DNA from: Octopus sinensis
Lineage: Eukaryota
Assembly (NCBI RefSeq): GCF_006345805.1
Contig: NC_043004.1
Span: 63,674,001 to 63,738,000, forward strand
Direction: 5' to 3'
DNA: 64,000 bases
Position 1 is the stretch's first letter. Each line of letters begins with the position of its first letter. Under the pieces are notes generated by a model. The model made no database searches. It was not told the origin of the DNA and worked only from the letters and a program-made list of their open reading frames with translations. The position numbers were made by a program, and so were the translations under genes. This document shows positions 1 to 12,250 of this stretch, one piece after another.

Positions 1-1640
1 TTACGTTACATAATCCATTTAAATCATATATTTTATGAATTTCTCACTCACACCAAACAAGGTAAACTCCACGTACTCCTCCGTTCCACCACACCCGATG
101 CCACCAACCCAAATCCTCCCCTACCCCCACTCCCTGTTACGCTTCCCTCCCACACTAGCCAAAGCTCCTGTCACTCTAATCTCCACACACATACCTCTGA
201 TCCTCTTCCTCACAGCCTTCCACTAATCCACCTCTCCCACTTCAATCACACCCATCTCTACTCCAGTTCCGTCGCTTGTTACCATTCCTCCAGATCTTCC
301 CCACTCTGTGGGGCAGCTTTCCATCTTCAGTAGGGGCCCGCGCTTCATACCAATCACTCCAGCCAGCAACGAATTTCGGACCCGTGGCGATATCCGCAGC
401 TTTGTGTGCCTTGTTAGGTTGTGGGCACTATTCCGCGACATTCCACCTGAATCTAATGCGGAGGACTGCTTCACTGTCCTGGGCCGCCGACCTTCTACTG
501 CCCTCTGCGCTCCAACCCCAAGTCCAGCTACCAACAGTGTCCTCCACTATCCATGATTTCATCTCCTCCTCCTGTCTCCCCCGCCTTCCCCCGCTTCCAA
601 TCTCATTGTCCACACACCTCCCACCCTCACAATTTACTTACTCCCCTAAATCCACAAACCTAACAAACCTGGCCGCCTCTTCATGCCTGGCTGCAGTTGC
701 TCTACCGAATTCATCTCCAGATACCTTGACTGCGTCCTTGGCTCCTAGTTGCTTCCTTCCCCTCTCACATTCTTGACACCAACCATGCTCTTCGTCTGTC
801 CAACTTTTTCTCCTTCACTCTAGCCCCTCTAATCATTTCTTCACTATTGACATCAAGAGCCTATGTACGGTTGTCCCTCACCACCAGGTGCTTCGTGCAC
901 TCCAACACTACCTTGACCTTCAACACAACCCCCTACCTGACACATCCACATTTCTTCGTCTGGCCGAACTTCTCTCCCTTATCTTATTTTCGTTCGCTGG
1001 TGATTCTTAGCAGCATTACTTGGGAGTGGCCATGGGGTCGAGAATGGGCTCCAACTATGCGAACCTGTTCGATAGCTACGTGGAGGCCCAATTATTCTCA
1101 AGTTTTACTGGTCCAAGTCCCGAAATATACGGTCGTTATATTGACGACTGTATTGATGCGACGTCACTCTCCCGCCAACAACTAGACTCCTTCCTCTATT
1201 TTGTCAAATCTTTCCATCCTACCCTCCACTTCTCCTGCTTCCGCCCACGTTGCCACATCTGGCCTTACCTCTCCAGCACCACCATCCTCAAAGGCACCCA
1301 TCATCAACAATATCATATCACTGACTCCTTCTCCTGCACTTCTAGATACGTTATCTACTGCATCTCCTGCTCTCTCTCAGAACGTCGGATAAACGGGACG
1401 CCGCTTAGCTCACGTATTCGCGGAACGCCTCCGAGACTTCAAACTCGGCAACAACACTCGAGTGTCGTGCCATGTTCGCTCTACCGGACATTCTTTACAA
1501 CACTTGTCCATGGTTAGATTGTCCTCGCACAGGGGCCATCCGCACTCCGTCTTCGCCGTGAAAAGGAATTAATCTTCTCTCTTCACTCCTTTCCTCCAAA
1601 TCTCCTCCCCTCTTCATCTAAACTCACTCCTCTCCTCTCT
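1..1640 (+). mobile_element. Degenerate Penelope-like element (RT, remnant of GIY-YIG C-terminus)
   Basis: ORF 1020-1517 reads GVAMGSRMGSNYANLF...GRYIDD...KSFHP, the PLE RT motifs (GxAMG, RYIDD, HPxxxF). Near 1530-1610 RLRREKELIFSLHSFPP resembles the PLE endonuclease C-terminus. Frameshifted. Confidence 0.75.
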
Positions 1641-2040
1641 CCTGCCTTCCTACTTCCTCCCTTCACTCCCAACCACCTCTCCTCTCCTCTCTTGCTCTGT
1701 CACCTACTTCCTCTCTTCACTCCTACCCACGTTCTACCTTTCACCCTCTCCTTTCATTGTCACGCCTCCATCGTTATCCCACCCTACATATTCCAACCCC
1801 ACCATCCCTATACATCGCATCCCATCCCCACCCCATCCCACATATTCCACTTCTACATACCGCACCCTACCTCTACCATCAACCCCCACGATTGCTTCCC
1901 CACCTTCGCCTCCCCCACTCCCCAACACCACCACTACACACGCCACTACACCACATCCTGTTACACCACATACTACCACACTAGCAACATACCACACCAC
2001 GCCAGACCACATCACAGTACGCGATCAGTACGCGATGACA
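1620..2040. repeat. C/CT-rich then CA/ACC-rich low-complexity tract
   Basis: Directly visible composition bias; the ORFs called here are P/H/T-rich artefacts. Confidence 0.55.
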
Positions 2041-2834
2041 AAACAACTAGACGCATGATGACAGAAATTTTAAAAAACACAACAAATTACTCGTTTTGTT
2101 TTTTTTCTTCTCTCATATCTACGTATTCTAAATATCAATAATGTACATTTGTAATAATATTCTCCGAATATTAACCTTGAAATTATTTACCCCAATGAAA
2201 CTTATTTGATCGCTTAAAAATGTTTGTCCCATTTCTACTTCGTAATTTTAAACTGTTTTAAAATGTCCATACATAATTGTACCATTAATAAAGAAAAAAG
2301 AAAATTTTGAACCTAGTTTGGTATGTATAGTAATAAATATATTTAAACACAACAATATGTTTTTCAAATTAAAGTGTGCTTTAAAACCCCAAAACAAATC
2401 CTCCTATATTTTTTCCTGCCAGGGTATATACTTCTTGCATCCATTCACACTCTTTTTCTTTCAGGAGTAGGGCTTCGTTTTAAACTGCCTCAATCTACTC
2501 AATAACAAACGTGGTCCAGTTTCGTTCCGATGATCTCTTTTTCTTGTAGTTTTCACACCTTCAATGTTTGGGAGTGCTGCATGAGTGTCTATGTCAACCT
2601 GCTACAACAACAAAACTTCAACCAAACATATATATATATATATATATATATATAACACGATTTCAGATATATATATGTCTACTACTCAAAGATGTGATGA
2701 AAGAAGACATGAAACGATCGTAGTGGATATTAATAATTGTTAAATTTCTAAATAATATAAATTAATTTACGTATTGGCTTAAGTCTTTCTTTGTTTGATT
2801 TGCATAATAGTGGTTTTGTCTCTAATTTAATATA

Positions 2835-2885
<51 letters not shown>

Positions 2886-3123
2886 ACGATTTCAGATTCC
2901 TATTTCAGAAATATATAGTTACATATGTATCTGACATAGATATTTTTTTATTTGAGCATTCCGCATATGCGTTCTTGTGATTACTTAATAAATGCCTAAT
3001 TTGAATGATTACCATCCTATAACGATATAATGTGAACGCAATTTTTTTAATTGGGTGAACGCAAATATTTTTCTTTTCTATACTCTATATAAATTGATAT
3101 TTTACATTCACGATTTATTACAG

Positions 3124-3229
3124 GGTTCAAGTTCCATTAATGAATTCGAAGGATTTTGCCGAAGCATTCAATTGTGAAAAAGGTTCGAACATGAATCCAT
3201 ATGTTAAAAGTGAAATGTGGGCGAAATAA
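3124..3229 (+). CDS. Terminal coding exon of an M13-family (neprilysin/endothelin-converting enzyme-like) metallopeptidase; upstream exons not found in window
   Basis: Acceptor ttattacag| then phase-2 exon (R)VQVPLMNSKDFAEAFNCEKGSNMNPYVKSEMWAK*, matching the M13 C-terminal consensus RxxGxLxNSxEFxEAFxCxxGSxMNPxxKCxVW. 106 nt, stop TAA at 3227-3229. Too short for the ORF track. Confidence 0.85.
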
Positions 3230-3639
3230 ATGAAAACCGTCATCTAGAAGTCTATATGTTTGTAATATGTTAGCATGAATGTAGAGGCATAGAAAATATC
3301 AATGGCAATTTACTTATATATCTCCACGATACAATCATTAATTATCCGAACTGTTGCCATAGTAACGAAGCTAAATTAGGCAGAGTGAAGCCGCTTAGCA
3401 AAGATTGACCTTAAACTCCGCTCTCATGGAAGTGATTTCTTCCATTCTATAAAATTCTACCTTTGACTGTCTTCTTACTAAATATATCTACTTCCATGAC
3501 TTTAAGTTTTATTCTAATTTAACTATCGCTCTATATCTCTCTTCCTATAAACTTTCTTTGACGTTAAATCTAATGACGGTTTTTTTTACAAAATTGAGAA
3601 CCTTCCCTTCATCATATACACATTCATCACGTTCTTTTA

Positions 3640-4147
3640 ACATGTCTGTGACGATCTGGGGGTGGCTATATCTTGGAAATTCCTGGGCCCAAGTGCTTCT
3701 CTTCATGGCAGGATTAATAATCAAGATTATTTAAGCATTTTATCTGATCTAATTCATCCTATGGTTTCGAAACTCTTTCCGGAGGGAAACACATTCGTTT
3801 AGAATGATAATGCACCAATTCACACAGCTAGAGTTGTTACCGATTGGCACGAGGAACATTCTAATTAAGCTGAACCCCTTATCTAGCCACTACAGTCACC
3901 AGATCTCAATATTATTGAACGTTTAGGGTGCATTTTAGAAAAAGAAGTAAGGAGTCGATATTCTCCAATATCATCACTACAAGAACTGGAGACTCTTTTT
4001 AGCTGAAGAATTGACAAAAATTCCTTTGAAAACAACTCAAACTTTGTGGAATTCAAGCTGTAATCACTGCCAAAGACGGTCCTATCCTATGCTAAAATAA
4101 ATTTGTTTAAAATTTTAATGTGTTTCCATTATTTTGTCTAACCCCTG
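3640..4147 (+). mobile_element. Tc1-like DNA transposon remnant (3' part of DDE transposase plus right TIR)
   Basis: Translates SVTIWG...NDNAPIHTARVV...QSPDLNIIE..., the Tc1 DD34E motifs, with stops. Ends in gtgtttccattattttgtctaacccctg, the reverse complement of a Tc1-type CAGGGGTTxGACAAAATAATGGAAAC terminus. Confidence 0.85.
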
Positions 4148-4319
4148 TTTGTGTATTTGTAACTACAACTCTACTAATGGCATGTCTATCAAGAAAGTTG
4201 TACAATAGCTGTATATCAACTATTACACAAAATGTGTATTCATTTAACAAACACTAAACTCGTGAAGTAATATTGTATTAACTTTTGGTGCAAGAAGAGT
4301 AATTTCGTCGCCGGGGATT

Positions 4320-4462
4320 AGTTGATTATTTCAAAACTAGTGCTCGACTGGTACGCCTTTATCAACCCCGATATGATGAAAGGTTGAGTCGAGTGTAAAG
4401 ATGAACAAAATGTTGCTCAGCTTTTTACCCAGCTGGCAAAGGATTCTATCAGCTCGCCGCCA
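4320..4462 (-). mobile_element. Decayed, internally deleted SINE (ggcggcgagctg-headed family)
   Basis: Reverse complement begins ggcggcgagctg and contains cctttcatc...cggggttgataaa...gtaccagt, similar to the copies at 11138-11367 and 27896-28127. Confidence 0.6.
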
Positions 4463-4479
4463 TATAATTGTAAAGCAAT

Positions 4480-7260
4480 TGTTGGGATGAGATGAACCAG
4501 AATGAAAGGGTTGTGACGTCAACGGCCAAGGGGACCCACATGAACTGGAAGGAACACTTCGTGGTGAACAGATACAAGTGGAGTGAGCTAACGGGCTTTG
4601 GTTGTAGCAGCTGTTACGTCTTAACTTAATACTGCTGGACAGCCAACAACGAGAAGTAGGTGAAACGTATTTTATTCCCCGCATTACAGTTCCAACATAT
4701 TACACGCAGTTTCGGCTCAGATATAAATATATTTTCCTATCGTTGTTGTACCCCTTCCACAAACTGGCAGCTATGATAAGAATCGGCAACAATGCCCTGA
4801 GTCCTATCTGTGACGAAAAAGTTGCAATTGCCTGAATCCGTAATATCAAGGTAGGGGCCAGGCTACAAGTCATTGATGATGCAGCAGGTACCTGGAGGGA
4901 CGTGCGTTGGCGCTAAACCTTGGTCAGGCCAGTGGACAGGGCACTGAGGCTCGAAGACTGGTCATGCTATCCCGTTTACCGGAGAAGTTCTAGAGAAGGC
5001 GGCACATCTAAACTTTGTAAATGGCTTTCCCGACGACATAGCGTTACGACTGTAACACCTTCTAGGCCACAAGAAAATGGCAATGAGCGAGCTTGTCACT
5101 GAAGCCCGCGTGTCGACGCGAAACATCGGTCGGAGAGTAGTGGCAATGACGGTTGCAAAATCCCGCGATGTAGAGCTACGGCCAATAAAGAACAAAGACA
5201 AAGTTGTCGTGAGCGACAGCGACTGTTCATGTGCCGGTGTTTCAATTGTCAGGGACCGCACATGGCAGGGAATTGCGCGGAGACAAAGCCCAGAGCGGTT
5301 TGCTGCCGGTGCGGGCAGACTGGGCATATCGCTCGAAACTGCAGGCAGGGGAAAGCTATGAGACGTTGCTACCGCTCAAATTCCGACTGCGAGAAAGTAG
5401 AAGTGCTAGTGCTGTCGCTACCCGTAGTTAGAGTCTTATTTGGGGAAAGCTGTTCAATGCCCTCTTGGATACGGGTTGTACGAAGTTTCTCGTGTGCCCG
5501 AGTCTGACAAAAAATGGAAGGGGTCAACCAGTGTTCTGGCGGTCGAGGGTAGCAGTGAAGTTGAGATAGCGGTGCGGGCACAACACAGATTGCAGGCAAT
5601 TGTGATCGACTATGTAGTAGACGCAGTTGACGTGGTGATGGGAAAAAGCGTGATCAACCGCCTTGGAAGTGTCAGTGTCGCAGAAATGTGGTCTCATTTA
5701 TTGTTGCTGAAGAACATGCTGAGCTGCTACCAGTATACCGTGAAACTACATGCTAGGAGTGAGTTTGAGTGAGAGGTAGACAGCTGGATTAAGGAAGGTG
5801 TTCTTTTCCAGTGGAAAGAGGAAGTGAGGAGTGGAGTGCTACCATTAACGGCAGTGATACAGCCAACAAAGTGGAAATTCAGGCCTGTACTGAACTTTCG
5901 AGAGATGAATGGCCATGTATTATTCCACATGAGCGGTGAGGTGACTAACGTCTGCGGTGAGACGCGTCGTGAATGTAGACAGATGACGAGGGCGGCGACG
6001 ATTGTGCACTTGAAGTCCGCATCTTTGCAGCTCTATATGACGGTAACTGTAGCGGTATGAGCTGGCGCTATACAAGAGCCACACATACTGTTCGACTAGG
6101 ATGAGTTTCCGGCTAATTTCCACACAATAGTTCATGGCGTCAGAGCTCAAATCTATTCTTTGAATGGTGGATAAGATAAGAAAGGCCACCAATTCCTTTA
6201 CAGAACGACATCTTTGTAGACGAGACTGTAGTATCTACTGCAGTAGAGACTGTAGTATCTACTGGAAATAGGAGGTGTCGAAGGGGAGGAAGCAACCTAG
6301 CTTCGAAATGCAGGTCATTACAATCACATCAACGTGGCTGATTTGAATGAAGCGCCGAAGTGAGTTAATTTGCCCTCAAATGAGTGCTGCACTCCATCGA
6401 AACATGAACCGATTCGGTTACCGTACCTGGCTGGTTAGGATCATCGATCACCGATGAAAAGAGGGCTCCAACCAAAGGGACTGCAGAGATGCTAGCAAAG
6501 CGCTGCCTAGAGGTTCAAAGAGAGCTAATTGCTAAATTTGCTTTGAAGCTGAGCGTGGTGTTAGCGCGTTCAGAAAGGAATACGGTAAACATTCTAACCA
6601 GGGTGAAAAAGGCCTAGTTGGAGGAAGTGGAAAATTCGAAACCGGGGAAAGCTGCAGAGTGTCATCTGAGTCACTCGGGACAAAGGAAACTGCATGCCAT
6701 GCTTTATATGGGCGCGGCCAGAACCTTGTATCTTGTCAGGAGAGTTGACTCCGACGTTACCTGACAGAGCATTCATAAGGTGGTCGGGATAGTGTCAATC
6801 CGTCGACCCTGCTCCGGGTGCGGACAAACAGGGAAACATCTAGGTAGAGCACTAGATGAGACGATTGGAGGTAGATATGACACACTACCGGTAGGGGAAG
6901 TATTGATGGTCGACTGCAGACTGATTCGGATAGCTATATGGATGGCAATGAAGACGGGCACTGCAGACGAGATTGTACGTACCCTGAGCGAGATATTCCT
7001 GTATCGGAAACCTATGGACGAATTGACAACGGCACCGCATTTCGTTTGGATATACTGGAAATGCTTGTTAAGAAGTGGAATGTGAACCGCTTTTTCAGAA
7101 CGGCATAGAAACTCAGTGGAAAGGGGATCGTGAAAAGACATCATTGCACGATCTGTCCTTCTTTGTCCCCTCTATGTTTCGCCCACCTGTGGGCAATAAA
7201 GAAATAAAGATATGTCAACCACATGAGTACAGGCCGAAGAGTGATATTCAGATTTCAAAG
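4480..7260 (+). mobile_element. Degenerate Ty3/Gypsy LTR retrotransposon (candidate 5' LTR about 4480-4761, gag, PR, RT, IN); no 3' LTR seen
   Basis: Zn knuckles CFNCQGPHMAGNC and CCRCGQTGHIARNC (about 5238-5342); protease LLDTGCT (5462-5482); RT-like FRPVLNFREMN and FVDE; integrase DNGTAF...GKGIVKRHHCTI (about 7025-7155). Order PR-RT-IN. TG...CA segment followed by aactggcagc (PBS-like). Confidence 0.85.
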
Positions 7261-7635
7261 GCCATATCCAAGTAAATCATCTGAATACCATGCAGAAGAG
7301 GGAAGACATGGCTTCGTGCATTTGGGGGATAAATCTAAATAACAATGTTAAATCAGTGATAAAAAAATCTACAGATGGAGAACGACCTTCTACTACCATG
7401 TTCTTAATGCTGAAATTAACCTCTCTGTCTATATATCTAACCTCTCTGTATTGTTGGTAAATGAAATAAGTATAAAAATGTGCATTGTCCATTTAAGTAA
7501 AAAAATTCTATATGTGGCTGAAGGTTGCTCTACATTTTAAAACCGATGTAATACTTACATTGTATAATAAAACGAATTAGCATGAAACGATTGTACTACA
7601 CTTCCTTGGATATCCCTGTTGCTTATTTGGATATA

Positions 7636-7672
<37 letters not shown>

Positions 7673-7844
7673 TTAAATAGATGTGTGCATGTTCCCCTTG
7701 TTTACAATTAACACGGAAACATAGATACATAGTTACCAGGGTAGCAAATGATCGCACAAGTAAGAAGTGCTTAAGACTTTGCTTTTAAAGGTAGAAAATC
7801 CGAGTTTACGTGAAATATTTTGCATAATATATTTTAAAAAATAT

Positions 7845-7970
7845 ATGGAGTTAAACGCAGGTGTTATTCAAATTGTTAATCTTTGAACACATGTTTCGAA
7901 GATATGATTGATATTATTCCAAAGGAATAAAATGGTTTAAAACAAGGTAATCTTCTCTGCGTTTAACTCC

Positions 7971-7972
<2 letters not shown>
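7845..7972. mobile_element. 128-bp MITE-like element with 16-bp perfect terminal inverted repeats
   Basis: atggagttaaacgcag (7845-7860) and ctgcgtttaactccat (7957-7972) are exact reverse complements, in AT-rich flanks. Confidence 0.5.
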
Positions 7973-7976
<4 letters not shown>

Positions 7977-8044
<68 letters not shown>

Positions 8045-8178
8045 GTACATACATACATACATACATATATATATATATATATGTCTATAATGGTAATAAT
8101 ATTAATAATAATAATAATAATGACAATAATAATAATTAATAATAATAATCATAAGTATTATTATTTTTGTCGTTGTTG

Positions 8179-8220
<42 letters not shown>

Positions 8221-8250
8221 TATTATTATTATTATTATTATTTTATTATA
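7977..8250. repeat. Compound microsatellite (TA)n-(TACA)n-(AAT)n-(TTA)n
   Basis: Directly visible. Confidence 0.9.
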
Positions 8251-8844
8251 TCAATAAGCGTCTGGTACGTATCTGGTAGTTTCCTGTTAAAGCAGGTACA
8301 CTTTCGCAGTTTTCGTTGTTTATTATGTTAATGAGAGGGGCGGAAGATTTTTATTAATGATTAAAATTGTTTCGATCCGTCTATTATCGATTCATCACGA
8401 GTGCGATACTTAACCACTGGTTTAGGAGGATCCCTCGGTGTAGATATGTCTCTTCGGGTGATATATTGATATAACTCGTAAAAATATTGATTGTTCCACA
8501 AGAAATCTTCTCGGTTCCTGTACAGAAGAACTACAAATTAAAGGATAAAGCTTCAGTTACACAGAGGATCAATAATAATAAGAAAATATTAAAAAGAATC
8601 AAACGCACAATATACCGAAACAAGTATTAAACAGAAGCCTTGACAGATACGGGTGTACAAACGCCCCCGCGTATGTTCTATCGCGCATTCTCATGCACGC
8701 ATACAAACACCCACGAATGTATAAGCTCGCGGACACGTGTGGTTTGGCGCACATACGTTCACATAGAGAATGTACTAGTGTTTGGTGTTTATAAGAATGG
8801 GAATGTTAGAGTTAAATTTAATTCAAACATGATTAGTAAGTAAG

Positions 8845-9330
8845 TTAACTGAAATTTATTGCCACTGCTTTATGTGAAAGTGCTTTTATATAAATGTAAG
8901 CTCCAGGGAGTCTTTTAGAAATTTTATTACTGATCATCTCATTTCTGCACAAAGTATGCAGGTATTCTGCGGAGCATAGCCGGCATTTCCTGGAAATGAT
9001 ATTATATGGTTTTGCGTGCCTTACTATGGATGAAGTTAAGTTATACTTAACTGTATGTTCCTTACGTTGCCATACAAAATCGGCCGTAGTTGTTGAATAT
9101 CTATTAATGAAATTCTTGAAGCTGGTGACTTGATTGCGATCTTTCAATGAGTCCGATGTTAGCCCGTATGTAAACATACGGTTCTCCTTTGTGTGTACGG
9201 TACATTTACATACAAAATTTGTACTCATACACAGGTTCATCAATAGGCATTTTCATTTTCCTCTGCAAGAGCATTTATATTTAGTTGTATACATGGTAGT
9301 ACCGACTTCCTTTTTCACGTCGTTACCGTG
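8845..9330 (-). mobile_element. Penelope-like element remnant (GIY-YIG endonuclease)
   Basis: ORF 8845-9243: VCKCTV...TYGLT...FVW...AKPY...CRLC..E, the pattern of PLE GIY-YIG domains (VYKCxV...YIGLT...IW...AxPY...CxLCxxE). Confidence 0.7.
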
Positions 9331-9928
9331 TTAACTGTATCTCAATTATTGCTATCACGTGAGGTTTCTCTCTATGGTGATCTTGAAGCCCAAGAAGGCA
9401 AGCGTGCTGATTAAGTCTTTCCTAAGTATGTCTAGTGTATGGCAACTTGCCCCCGTAGCAATGGCCAGGGCGTAGAGGCCAAAGTGTGAACTCTAGGACG
9501 GAGATTTTCGTACCATGCTTGTATTTTACAAAATTCTTATTTTTGGAATCCGCATGGCTACACCACAGCCGGAAACCAATAGCCAAGGCTGAGAGGAGAC
9601 AATACTTTATGTACGTGGTGGTTTTGCGACCGCAAGATGGCAGCGCGGCCGAAGATCGTTGAACGATGACGAAGGAATATAATCACCTAGGATTTTAACC
9701 TTTGAAACGAGGTTTTTTGCCCTCCTTAGTTTATAGAGGTCTCAAGTCAGCACTCTTCGGGGCTACAAGATACGTCATAAGGTGAAAAGGTGAAACCCTT
9801 TATGAGCGAGAAACTCAGGATGTCTCCAGCAATTGCCCTAGTCCACTATAATATATACATCATGCACTCACACGCACAAATACAAACACACACAGACACA
9901 CACACACACACACACACATACATATACA

Positions 9929-10215
9929 GGCGCTACAGTGGCTGTGTGATAAGATGTTTGCATCCCAACCAGATGGTTCTGGGTTCATTCCCACTGCATG
10001 GCAACTTGGGCAAACATCTTCTACTATTGTCTTCTTTCGAACAAATTCTTCTGAGTGGATTTGGTAGATGAAAACTGAAAGAAGTATGTCGTGTATATAT
10101 ATATATAGGTATGTATGCATTTTCGTATGTGTTTCTCCCTAACATCGCTTGACAACCGGTTCTGGTCTGTTTACGTCCCTTTAATCTAGCGGTACAGCAA
10201 ACAAGGACAATAGAA
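9929..10215 (+). mobile_element. tRNA-derived SINE with internal microsatellite
   Basis: Head with A-box-like gtggctgtgtgataag and B-box-like gggttcattccc; body gagtggatttggtaga...actgaaagaag; 3' catcgcttgacaaccg...gtttacgtccc. Related pieces at 12770, 38093 and 39725. Confidence 0.7.
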
Positions 10216-11137
10216 CAAAATAAACATGCAAGGTACCGCACGAGTGAAAATATATAGGAAAAAGTATTTGAACATATAGATGTCGTTTAAAGATGTTTAT
10301 CGATTTGACCGGTTTCACTTTTATAAAAAGAGATTTTCAAAAGTAAAATCTAAGCTTTTGTTATTTTAAAAAATGGATATCATAACTGTATTAAAATACA
10401 GTTATAAAGTTTTTGATAATGATGAGAAAATGTCAAGAAAATGTCAAGAAAATGTCAAGAAATAGAATCTTTGACAATGATAAGAACATGTTAAGACAGG
10501 CTTTGTGTTTAAACAGTTTACATGAAAGTGTTCAAAGAGAGGTAGTAAAATAAATGTATAATTATTTTAAGTTCAACAAAAATCATGATTGTACAGAAGC
10601 ATATTTACGGAACGAAATATATATACAGAATTTTAGGGGAATGACCAACCTTTATATAGAGTTGTATTTCGGTATGATAAGTTTTCGTTCTTTTAGCCAA
10701 AGATACACACGCACTATATATTCGCTATTCGCTCGTTTGTTCTTATGCTTATTCTAGCTAATGTTCTTTGTCACGAAATCTTTCGCTACACATCTGTGAC
10801 CACCTCAGTGACCATTTCCAACTCTCTGTGTGCTCTTGCTCCACTTGTTTCATACTTTTGCGTCCGTGTTTGTGCCCGTGCGTGTATCTGTGTGTGTTTA
10901 TGTCTGTATGCTAATGTTCTTAGTAGCTCTACAATCCTCCCCTCTCACGTTGTTGCTGCTGCTGCCCTGGAACCCAGGTCTTGGTAGAATTCCCGTATCT
11001 CTTGTAGGTGTGCTCGCCCACACTGCTGCCATCTTGGTTATTGTTGTTGTTATTGCCATCGTTGTCATTGCTGTTGCAGCTGCCGTTGCTATTCGTGTTC
11101 TAATTGTTGCGACCGTATGTGAAATTGCTGTATATGT

Positions 11138-11367
11138 ATTTCTTTACTACCCACAAGGGGCTAAACACTAAGGGGACAAACAAGGACAGACAAACGGATT
11201 ATGTCGATTATATCGACCCCACTGCATAACTGGTACTTAATTTATCCACCCCGAAAGGATGAAAGGCAAAGTCGACCTCGGCGGAATTTGAACTCAGAAC
11301 GTAGCGGCAAACGAAATACGGCTACGCATTTCGCCCGGCGTGCTAACGTTTCTGCCAGATCGCCGCC
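11138..11367 (-). mobile_element. SINE (ggcggcgagctggcaga-headed family), full length
   Basis: Reverse complement closely matches the + copy at 27896-28127 (B-box-like gagttcaaattcc, 3' gtttagccccttgtgggtagtaaa). Confidence 0.85.
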
Positions 11368-12004
11368 TTATATGTTGTATATGTTTGTGTGTATGTGTAT
11401 ATGGGCTCGCTTCCATATGTTATTTGTATCCGTGCCCCTAATATTTTTGTATCCGTGCCCCTTATTTATTTATCACAATTCTGTGATGAATATATTTATT
11501 TTTTATGCACACACTCATACACATACACAGACTCACAGACGCACTGATACATACGAGCGCACGAGCGTGTCTATTGTGCCTCTCAGTTCAATTAGAATAT
11601 TGTGAATTTTTATAGCCGAGCTTTTGTACTTTCCTATTAGTTATGGGAATTGATATTATCTCTCCTTATTGATATTGCTTCTGTGGCTAATAAATATTTT
11701 AAAGAGGCCTACTGTCTATGTATCAGCTGCGGGGAGATAAGTCAAAGCTATCTCTAGCGAACAAGCGTTATTCACCGATGAGACAAAGGAAGGCCAATTT
11801 CAAGTAATATTTTTGCCTCGGTGATGTGGTCAGTGGGGATTTAACTGGCGATAAAACATGTATGCATTATGCACGAAAAGGCTAAATGAGAATATACCGC
11901 AGTATAGATCGTTATAAAAGAACATCCACAATAATTTCGTTTTGGGATTTGGTTTGCAAGATTCTTTATATGAGTCCGTGTGCTGAAGCATATTCTGACG
12001 TGCC

Positions 12005-12250
12005 TGGGGAGAGTCATTTTCTTTTTGTGCCTTATTATTTAACACATTCACCGATAAAATTTCCACTTTTTTCTTATTTTTATTGTCCAAAAATTTTCGT
12101 TGCGACTTGCAACCTTTTCAATAGTCAAAACTATTGAAAAGGTTACAAGACGCAACGAAAATTTTAACACAATAAAAATAAGGAATAAGTGGGAATTTGA
12201 CCAGTGAATATGTTATATAATAAGGCACAAAAAGAAAATGACTCTCCCCA
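12005..12250. repeat. 246-bp imperfect palindrome (fold-back/MITE-like element)
   Basis: Arms tggggagagtcattttc...ccttttcaatagt and actattgaaaagg...gaaaatgactctcccca around a 4-nt loop (12126-12129). Confidence 0.8.

Noticed and set aside
2401-2600. Acceptor-like sites on + and a KKKRSSERNWT...KECEW stretch on -
   Set aside because: Stops in all frames and no motif I can identify with confidence; not the M13 penultimate exon.
7277-7492. 71-aa minus-strand ORF with an internal acceptor-like site
   Set aside because: No recognisable family and no paired splice donor.
8350-8410. Hammerhead-like tgatga...gaaac-aatt on minus, downstream of a PLE endonuclease
   Set aside because: C3 is G, the GUH site is UUA, and stem I cannot form.
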